Source: Felis catus (taxonomy: Eukaryota). From it: DNA of 64,000 bases. The position numbers and the translations under genes were made by a program. Numbering within the stretch: position 1 is the stretch's first letter; every line of letters begins with the position of its first letter. Shown piece by piece: positions 37,456-48,044 of the stretch. Where the stretch lies: contig NC_058368.1 of the NCBI RefSeq assembly GCF_018350175.1, positions 168,580,001 to 168,644,000 of the forward strand. Direction: 5' to 3'. The notes beneath the pieces were generated by a model that searched no databases, had not been told where the DNA came from, and saw only the letters and a program-made list of their open reading frames with translations.

Positions 37456-40400
37456 AAAATATGTGAGCATCAACACCCTGGTCTTTATTGTAAATAAAAT
37501 AATACTAATTATTATAGAAAAATTGAAATTAGTTTCCCAGTCTAAATTATTTCACTTGCTGAAAAAGTATTTCTGTAGTGGGACAAATGGTTTTAGGAGA
37601 ATGGGAACCCTTCAATGCTAGAATATTTATATTGTAGATGTTTAGTATATAAAAATGCTCTTTACATTGGCTAAGTCGGAAAAGTATCTTTAAAATTACA
37701 TTGCTGTGAATGAGATTGCTTTTAAATAGCTCATCTTGTATGGATGTAGTATATATAACATACAGTTAGAAGTGAAGACTTAGAAAACCTATGTTCATTA
37801 GACCCTTGACATTAGCAAGTGTTATTTCTCCAAAGCCTTGTGGATCTAGGATATAACTACCCACATAAAATATGTTTCAACTTAATTGAAAATTTTAAGT
37901 GATCCCTTCAGACCCTTAACAATTCCACTGTTCAACAGTTTTTTGTTTCTAAAATGAAGTCTGGATGATGTTGCATTATATCATTAGTGTATTTTACAGC
38001 AAAGATTATTATTCTTGGTTTTTATGACCTGGGGTTTGCAGAACAAAAGAGTATTTCTGATTTGATCACAAAGTCTGCCGCATTGTCACAAGGATGAAAA
38101 GTTAGTTCTTGGTCACTGTGATGCCTAATTCTTGCTGCTCTTTCTTGAATATGTTTTGTCCTTGGAGTTGAACACTTCTGTAGATTGTGTCCTTTCTGCT
38201 CTTTGAATGTCCAGCTCTGGAGGATTTTCCAAGCTTCCCTTGTTAGTTGATTGGGGCTTTTCTGTTACATTCATATTCTACAAAGGAAAATACATTTGAA
38301 TCTTTTACTGATATTCAATTTGGGTAATAACTGGGTCAGTAGCTGCCCTAGAAGCCATACCACCTCTTACTTCATGAAAATGTTTATACAGTGTTCTCAT
38401 TTCCTCTTGAATTATATTTCCTTCAACATCACATACTCTGTATATACTTTCTTATACAGATTAACCGTCATTTCAATTTTCATTGAGGTTTTAAAAATTT
38501 GCTTTGCTTAGAGGAAAGGAAACATTTTTAGGCGTCACTTTTTTTTGTATAGAATCTGTGATTTATGGTAGATTTTCTAATGATGCAGATTCAGTCACTC
38601 ATATTTCAAATTCATTCAGAATTTATGAATTTATGTATTCTGGTTAAGTACTATTACTTTGTCAGGCCTCTTAGCTCTCTATGTAATGCATAGAATAAAT
38701 TGGCAATAGTAAAGTAATTAAAGGGATCTAAACAATGTAGTTGTCTCAGATAATTATTAGTGACAACGTGTTAGATCACTATTCCAATTATTTATAAACA
38801 GTTATGTTGGACAAAGTATAGAATCTTTATCTAGATTTATATATATTAGAACATTTTTACAAAGCAGGAATGATTTGTTTCTCTACTGTTATGTAACATA
38901 TTATTATGTAACACAATATGACATATTGTGTTATAATTATTTATTCATGTATATTACTTTTTTCTTCCCCTCCTGAACATTTTTTTAAAAAAATTATATC
39001 CTAATTAGTTAACATATAGTGTAATAATGATTTCAGGAATAGAATTTAGTGATTCATCACTTACTTATAATACCCAGTGCTCATCCCAACAAGTGCCCTC
39101 AGTGCCCATCGTACATTTAGCCCATCCCCCATCCAACACCTGCCAGCAACTCTCAGTTTGTTCTCTGTATTTAAGAGTTTCATGGTTTATCTTATTTTTG
39201 CTTTCCTTCCCTATGTTCATCTGTTTTGTTTCTTAAATGACACTTATGAGTGACATTATATATTTGTCTTTTTCTGACTGACTTGTTTAGCATAATACAC
39301 TGTAGTTCCATCCATGTTGTGTTGCACATAGCAAGATTTCATTCTTTTTAATTTGCCTAGAGATACTCCATTGTATACATATACCACATCTTTATCCATT
39401 CATCAGTTGATGGACATTTGGACCCCTTCCATAATTTGGGTATTGTGGATAGCACTGGTATAAACATTGGGGTACCTGTGCCCCTTTGAAATAGCATTTT
39501 TGTATCCTTGGATAAATACCTGGGTCATAGGGTAGTTCTATTTTTAATTTTTTGAGGAACCTTCATACTGGTTTCCAGAGTGGCTGCAGCAGTTTGCATT
39601 CCCACTAATGGTGCAAAGCATTTCCCATCCTCGCCAACATCTGTTGTTGCCTGAGTTACTTTTAGCCATTCTGACAGGTATGAGGTGGTATCGCATTGTG
39701 GTTTTGATTTGTATTTCCCTGATGATGAGTGATGTTGAGCATCTTTTCATGTGTCTGTTAGTCATCTGGATGTCTTCTTTAGAAAAGTGTCTATTCATGT
39801 CTTTTGCCCATGTCTTCACTGGATTATTTATTTTTTTGGATGTTGAGTTTGATATGTTCTTTATAGATTTTGGATATGAACTCTTATATGATATGTCATT
39901 TGCAAATATCTTCTCCTATTCCTTGAGTTGCCTTTTAGTTTTGCTGATTGTTTCCTTTGCTTTTTATCTTGATGAGATCCCAGTAGTTTTTGCATTTGTT
40001 TCCCTTGCCTCATGAGACATGTTGAGTAAGAAGTTGCTGCGGCCAAGGTCAAAGAAGTTGTTGACTATTTTCTCCTCTAGGATTTTGATGGCTTCTGTCT
40101 TACGTTTAGCTCTTTCATCCATTTTAAGTTTACTTTTGTGAAGGGTGTAAGCAAGTGGTCCAGTTTCATTCTTCTGCATGTTGCTGCCCAGTTCTCCCAG
40201 CACCATTTGCTGAAGAGACTATCTTTTTTCCTTTGGATACTATTTCCTGCTTTGCCAAAGATTAGTTAATCATAACATTTGTGGGTCAGTTTCTGGGTTC
40301 TCTGTTCTGTTCCATTGGTCTGTTCCACTGTGTCTGTTTTTGTGCCAGTACCACACTGTCTTGATATTACAGCTTTGTAATACAGGTTAAAGTCTGGAAT

Positions 40401-42402
40401 TGTGATGCCTGCAGCTTTGGTTTTCTTTTTCTACATTACTTTGGCTATTCAGGATCTTTTATGGTTCCATACAAATTTTAGGATTGTTTGTTCTAGCTCT
40501 ATGAAGAATGCTGGTGGTGTTTGTTCTAGCTCTATGAAGAATACTGGTGGTATTTGGATAGGGATTACATTGAATGTGTAAATTGCTTTGGGTGTATGGA
40601 CATTTTAACAATATTTGTTCTTCCATTCCATGAGCATAGAGTGCTTTTCCATTTCTCTGTGTCTTCTTCAGTTTCTTACATAGCTTTCTATAGCTTTCAG
40701 TGTATAGATTTTTCATCTCTTTTGTTAGGTTTATTCCTAAATATTTTATGGTTTTTGGTGCAGTTGTATATGGGATTGATTTCTTGATTTCCCTTTCTTC
40801 TGTTTCATTATTGGTGTACAGAAATGCAGCCAATTTTTGTACATTGATATATATCCTGCGACTTTGCTGAATTCATGAATCAGTTCTAGCAGTTTTTTGG
40901 TGGAGTCTTGAGTTTTCTACATACAATATCATATCATCTGTGAAGAGTGAAAGTTTGACTTCCTCCTTGCCAATATGGATGCCTTTTACTTGTTTTTATT
41001 GTCTAATTGCTGAAGCTAGTACTTACAACACAATGTTGAATAGCAGTGGTGAGAGTGGGCATTCCTGTCGTGTTTTTGACCTTAGGGGGAAGCTCTCAAT
41101 TTTTCCCATTGAGGATGATATTAGCTGTGTGTTTTCATATATGGCCTTTATGATCTTGAGATCTGTTTCTTCTATCCCTATTTTCTTGAGGGCTTTTATC
41201 AAAAAAGGATGCTGTATTTTGTCAAATGCTTTTTCTGCATCTTTTGAGAAGATCATGTGTTCTTATCCTTTGTTTTATTAATGTGATGTATCACATTGAT
41301 TGATTTATGGATATTGAATCAGCCCTGCATCCCAAGAATAAATCCCACTTGATCATGGTGAATAATTCTTTTAATGTAATGTTGGATCTGGTTTGCTAGT
41401 ATATTGTTGAGAATTTTTACATTTATGTTCATCAGGGAAATTGGTCTGTAGTGTAGTTCTCCTTTTTAATGGGGTCTTTGTCTGGTTTTGGAATCAAGGT
41501 AATGCTGGCCATGTAGAACGAGTTTGGAAGTTTTCCTTTTTTTCTATTTTTGGAACAGATTCAAAAGAATAGGTATACTTTTCTGTAAATGTTTGGTAGA
41601 ATTCCCCTGGAAAACCATCTGGCCCTGGACTCTTGTTTTTTGGGAGATTTTTGATTACTGATTCAATTTCTTTACTGTTTATGGGTCTGTTCAAATTTTC
41701 TATTTGTTCCTGTTTGAGTTTGGTAATTTATATGTTTCTAGGAATTTGTTCATTATGCCTAATTGGTTGGCATATAATTGCTCATAATATTATCTTATTA
41801 TTGTTTGTATTTCTGCTATGTTGGTTGTGATCTCTCCTCTTTCATTCATGAATTTATTTTTTCAGGTCCTTTCCTTTTTCTTTTTGATCAGTCTGGCTCG
41901 GGGGTTATCAATTTTATTAATTCTTTCAAAGAACCAACTTCTGGTTTCATTTATCTGTTCTACTGTGTTTATTTTTTAATTTTTTAATTTTTTTTATTTC
42001 GATAATCATTAATTTCTGGTCTAATCTTATTATTTCCCTTCTTCTACTGGTTTTGGGTTTATTTGCTGTTCTTTTTCCAGCTCTTTAAAGTGTAAGGTTA
42101 GGTTGTGTATTTGAGAGCTTTTTTCCTTCTTTTTGTTTTTTTTTGTCTTTTATTTTTAAAAATTTTTATTATTTTTTTAAATATGAAATTTATTGTCTAA
42201 TTGGTTTCCATACAACACCCAGTGCTCATCCCAACAGCTGCCCTCCTCAATACCCATCACCCACCCTCTCCTCCCTCCCACCCCCATCAACCCTCAGTTT
42301 GTTCTCAGTTTTTAAGAGTCTCTTATGCTTTGGCTCTCTCCCACTCTAACCTCTTTTTTTTTTTTTTTCCTTCTCCTCCCCCATGGTCTTTTGTTAAATT
42401 TC

Positions 42403-45400
42403 TCAGGATCTACACAAGAGTGAAAACATATGTTATCTGTCTTTCTCTGTATGACTTATTTCACTTAGCATAACACTATCTGGTTCCATCCACATTGCTA
42501 CAAAATGCCGTATTTCATTCTTTCTCATTGCCACATAGTATTCCATTGTGTATATAAACCACAGTTGCTTTATCCATTCATCAGTTGATGGAATTTAGGC
42601 TCTTCCCATAATTTGGCTATTGTTGAAAGTGCTGCTATAAACATTGGGCTGCAAGTGCCCGTATGCATCAGCACTCCTGTAACCCTTGGGTAAGTTCCTA
42701 GCAGTGCTATTGCTGGGTCATAAGGTAGATCTATTTTTAATTTTTTGAGGAACCTCCACACTGTTCTCCAGAGCAGCTGCACCAGTTTGCATTCCCACCA
42801 ACAGTGCAAGAGGGTTCCCGTTTCTCCACATCCTCACCAGCATCTATAATCTCCTGATTTGTTCATTTTAGCCACTCTGACTGATGTGAGGTGGTATCTG
42901 AGTGTGGTTTTGATTTGTATTTCCCTAATGAGGAGCGAGGTTGAGCATCTTTTCATGTGCTTGTTGGCCATCCGGATGTCTTCTTTAGAGAAGTGTCTTT
43001 TCATGTTTTCTGCCCATTTCTTCACTGGGTTATTTGTTTTTCGGGTGTGGAGTTTGGAGAGCTCTTTATAGATTTTGGATATGAACTCTTATATGATATG
43101 TCATTTGCAAATATCTTTTCCCATTCCATTGGTTGCCTTTTAGTTTTGTTGATGGTTTCCTTTGCAGTGCAGAAGCTTTTTATCTTCATGAGGTCCCAAT
43201 AGTTCATTTTTGCTTTTAATTCCCTTGTCTTTGGGGATGTGTCAAGTAAGAAATTGCTGCAGCTGAGGTCAGAGAGGTCTTTTCCTGCTTTCTCCTCTAG
43301 AGTTTTGATGGTTTCCTGTCTCACATTCAGGTCCTTTATCCATTTTGAGTTTATTTTTGTGAATGGTGTGAGAAAGTGGTCTAGTTTCAACCTTCTGCAT
43401 GTTGCTGTCCAGTTCTCCCAGCACCATTTGTTAAAGAGATTGTCTTTTTTCCATTGGATGTTCTTTCCTGCTTTGTCAAAGATGAGTTGGCCATACGTTA
43501 GTGGGTCTAGTTCTGGGGTTTCTATTGTATTCCATTGGTCTATGTGTCCTTTTTTGTGCCAATACCATGCTGTCTTGATGATTACAGCTTTGTAGTAGAG
43601 GCTAAAGTCTCGGATTGTGATGCCTCCTGCTTTAGTCCTCTTCTTCAAAATTACTTTGGCTATTCATTGCTCCTTACACGAATATACTTTGGTCTTTTGT
43701 GGTTCCATACAAATTTTAGGATTGCTTGTTCTAGTTTTGAGAAGAATGCTGGTGCAATTTTGATTGGGATTGCATTGAATGTGTAGATAGCTTTGGGTAG
43801 TATTGACATTTTAACAATATTTATTCTTCCAGTCCATGAGCATGGAATGTTTTTCCATTTCTTTGTATCCTCTTCAATTTCCTTCATAAGCTTTCTATAG
43901 TTTTCAGCATACAGATCTTTTACATCGTTGGTTAGGTTTATTCCTAGGTATTTTATGCTTCTTGGTGCAATTGTGAATGGGATCAGTTTCTTTATTTGTC
44001 TTTCTGTTGCTTCCTTATTAGTGTATAAGAATGCAACTGATTTCTGTACATTGATTTTGTATCCTGCGACTCTGCTGAATTCATGTATCAGTTCTAGCAG
44101 ACTTTTGGTGGAGTCTGTCAGGTTTTCCAGGTATAATATCATGTCACCTGCAAAAAGTGAAAGCTTAACTTCATCTTTGCCAGTTTTGATGCCTTTGATT
44201 TCCTTTTGTTGTCTGATTGCTGGTGCTAGAACTTCCAACACTATGTTAAACAACAGCGGTGAGAGTGGACATCCCTGTCGTGTTCCTGATCTCGGGTAAA
44301 GCTCTTAGTTTTTCCCCATTGAGGATGATATTAGCTGTGGGCTTTTCATAAATGGCTTTTATGATGCTTAAATACGTTCCCTCTATCCCGACTTTCTTGA
44401 GGGTTTTTATTAAGAAAGAATGCTGAATTTTGTCAAATGCTTTTTCTGCATGGATTGACAGGATCATATGGTTCTATCTTTTCTTTTATTAATGAGATGT
44501 AGCACATTGATTGATTTGCAAATGTGGAACCAGCCTTGCAGCCCAGGAATGAATCCCACTTGATCGTGGTGAATAATTCTTTTTACATGCTGTTGAATTC
44601 GATTTGCTAGTATGTTGTTGAGAATTTTTGCATCCATATTCATCAGGGATATTGGCCTGTAGTTCTCTTTTTTTGCTGGGTCTCTCTCTGGTTTGGGAAT
44701 CAAAGTAATGCTGGCTTCATAGAATGAGTCTGGAAGTTTTCCTTCCCTTTCAATTTTTTAGAACAGTGTGAGAAGGATAGGTATTATCTCTGCTTTAAAT
44801 GTCTGGTAGAACTCCCCTGGGAAGCCATCTGGTCCTGGACTCTTATTTGTCGGGAGATTTTTGATAACTGATTCAATTTCTTCGCTGGTTATGAGTCTGT
44901 TCAAGTTTTCTATTTCTTCCTGTTTGAGTTTTGGAAGAGTGTGGGTGTTTAGGAATTTGTCCATTTCTTCCAGGTTGTCCAGTTTGTTGGCATATAATTT
45001 TTCATAGTATTCCCTGATAATTGCTTGTATTTCTGAGGGATTGGTTGTAGTAATTCTATTTTCATTAATGATTTTATCTGCTTGGGTCATCTCCCCTTTC
45101 TTTTTGAGAAGCCTGGCTAGAGGTTTATCAATTTTGTTTATTTTTTCAAAAAACCAACTCTTGGTTTCATTGATCTGCTCTACAGTTTTTTTAGATTCTA
45201 TATTGTTTATTTCTGCTCTGATCTTTATTATTTCTCTTCTTTTGCTGGGTTTGCGGTGTCTTTGCTGTTCTGCTTCTGTTTCCTTTAGGTGTGCTGTTAG
45301 GTTTTGTGTTTGGGATTTTTCTTGTTTCTTGAGATAGGCCTGGATTGCAATGTATTTTCCTCTCAGGACTGCCTTCGCTGCATCCCAAAGTGTTTGGGTT

Positions 45401-46240
45401 GTTGTATTTTTATTTTCATTTGTTTCCATGTATTTTTAAATTTCTTCTCTAATTGCCTGGTTGACCCATTCATTCTTTAGTAGGGTATTCTTTAACCTCC
45501 ATGCTTTTGGCGGCCTCCAGACTTTTTCTTGTGGTTGATTTCAAGTTTCATAGAATTTGTGGTCTGAAGGTGTGCATGGTATGATCTCAATTCTTTTATA
45601 CTTATGAAAGGCTGTTTTGTGACCCAGTATGTGATCTATCTTGGAGAATGTTCCATGTGCACTTGAGAAGAAAGTATATTCTGTTGCATTGGGATGCAGA
45701 GTTCTAAATATATCTGTCAAGTCCATCTGATCCAATGTATCATTCAGGGCCCTTGTTTATTGATCCTGTGGCTAGATGATGTATCCATTGTTGTAAGTGG
45801 GGTATTAAATAAATCCCCTGCAATTACCACATTCTTATCAATAAGGTTACTTAAGTTTGTGATTGTTTTATATATTTGGGGGGTCCTGTATTTGGCGCGT
45901 AGACATTTATAATTGTTAGCTCTTCCTGATGGATAGACCCTGTAATTATTATATAATGCCCTTCTTCATTTCTTGTTACAGCCTTTCATTTAAAATCTAG
46001 TTTGTCTGATATAAGTATGGCTACTCCAGCTTTCTTTTGAGTTCCAGTAACATGATAGATAGTTCTCCATGCCCTCACTTTCAATCTGAAGGTATCTTCA
46101 GGTCTTAAATGAGTCTCTTTTAGACAGCCAATAGATGGGTCTTGTTGTTTTATCCATTCTGATACCCTCTGTCTTTTGGTTGGAGCATTTAGTCCATTTA
46201 CATTCATTGTTATTATAGAAAGATAGGGGTTTAGAGTCAT
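42403..46240 (-). pseudogene. L1 ORF2 (endonuclease/reverse transcriptase), frameshifted
   Basis: MTLNPYLSIITMNVNGLNAP (endonuclease start), [18 protein letters not shown] motif FADD changed to FAGD; split across many ORFs. Confidence 0.95.
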
Positions 46241-46308
46241 TGTGATATCTGTAGGTTTCATGCTTGTAGTGATGTCTCTGGTACTTTGTGGTCCTTGCAA
46301 CATTTCAC

Positions 46309-47197
46309 TCACAGAATCCGCCTTAGGATCTCTTGTAGGGCTGGTTTAGTGGTGACGAATTCCTTCAGTTTTTGTTTGTTTGGGAAAACCTTACTCTCTC
46401 CTATTCTGAATGACAGGCTTGTTGGATAAAGGATTCTCAGCTGCATTTTTTTTTGTTCATCACATTGAAGATTTCCTGCCAATGCTTTCTGGCCTGCCAA
46501 GTTTCAGTAGATAGGTCTGCTGCTATCCTTATGTGTCTACCTTTGTAAGTTAGAGCCTGTTTATCCCTAACTGCTTTCAGAATTTTCTCTTTATCCTTGT
46601 ATTTTGCCAGTTTCCCTATGATATATCATGCAGAAGATCGATTCAAGTTACGTCTGAAGGGAGTTCTCTGTGCCTCTTGGATTTCAATGCCTTTTTCCTT
46701 CCCCAGATCGGGGAAGTTCTCAGCTATGATTTGTTCAAGTACACCTTCAGCCCCTTTCTCACTCTCTTCTTCTTCTGGAATTCCTATGATATGGATATTA
46801 TTCTGTTTGATTGCATCACTTAGTTCTCTAATTCTCCCCTCATACTCCTGGTTTTTTTTAATGTCTTTTTTTCTCATATTCCTCTTTCTATAATTTTATC
46901 TTCTAATTCACCTATTTTCTCCTCTGCCTCTTCAATCCGAGCTGTGGTCACCTCCATTATATTTTGCACCTCATTTATAGCTTTTTTTATTTCCTCATGA
47001 CTATTTCTTAGTCCCTTGTTCTCTGTAGCAATAGATTCTCTGCTGTCCTCTATACTTTTTTCAAGTCCAGCGATTAATATTATGACTATTATTCTAAATT
47101 CTTGTTCCGTTATATTGCTTAAATTGTTTTTGATCAATTTGTTAGCTGTCGCTACTTCCTGGAGTTTCTTTTGAGGAGAATTCTTCTGTTTTGTCAT
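46309..47197 (-). pseudogene. L1 ORF1, frameshifted
   Basis: MTKQKNSPQKK..., NNIHIIGIPEEEE, IIAENFPDL, KLKEFVTTKPALQEILR in three ORF pieces. Confidence 0.93.
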
Positions 47198-47801
47198 TTT
47201 GGATAGTCCCTACGGTGGTGCCCAATTGCAGGGCACTTCCCCTGTGCTGTTTGGAGTAACTTGTGTTGATGAGCGGGGCTGCAGTCGGACCTGATATCTG
47301 TCTCCAGCCCACTGCTGGGGCCATAGTCAGACTGGTGTATACCTTATCTTCCACTCTCCCAGGGGCAGGATTCACTGTAAAGTGGTGTGGCCCCTTTTTG
47401 GGCTACTTGCACACCGCCAGGCTTGTGGTGCTTCTGTCATGGGACTTGGTGTATTAGCTGGGGTGGATCCACAAGGTTCACAGGGGCAGGAGGGGCAGAC
47501 TCAGCTCACTTTGCCTTTGGTGGTCCACTTTGGGAGGGGCCCTGAGGCACCGGGAGGAAGGAAGACCCGTTATATGGATGGATCCACAGAAGCACAGTGT
47601 TGGGTGTTTGCGCGGTGCAAGCAAGGTCGTTGACAGGAACTAGTTCCCTTTGGGATTTCGGCTGGGGGATAGGAGAGGGAGATGGTGTTTCCAGCACCTT
47701 TGTCTTCCTGCTTAGCTGTGTTCTGTCTTCCCGGGCTCAACAACTCTCTCTCCCAGCGTCCTCTCGCCCTTGCCGCTCTCTGAGAGCAGAGCTGTTGACT
47801 T

Positions 47802-48044
47802 GTTTTTTCTTTTTTTTTTTTTTTAATTTTTTTTTTCAACGTTTTTATTTTTTATTTTTGGGACAGAGAGAGACAGAGCATGAACGGGGGAGGGGCAGAG
47901 AGAGAGGGAGACACAGAATCGGAAACAGGCTCCAGGCTCTGAGCCATCAGCCCAGAGCCTGACGCGGGGCTCGAACTCACGGACCGCGAGATCGTGACCT
48001 GGCTGAAGTCGGACGCTTAACCGACTGCGCCACCCAGGCGCCCT
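47802..48044 (-). mobile_element. Very young SINEC_Fc-type SINE in the L1 5'UTR
   Basis: TSD AGAGCTGTTGACTT at 47788-47801 and 48045-48058; long tail; CpGs intact. Confidence 0.96.

Noticed and set aside
42403..47197. Active reverse transcriptase / autonomous L1, or a novel RT system
   Set aside because: Ordinary LINE-1 with multiple frameshifts and the RT motif mutated to FAGD.
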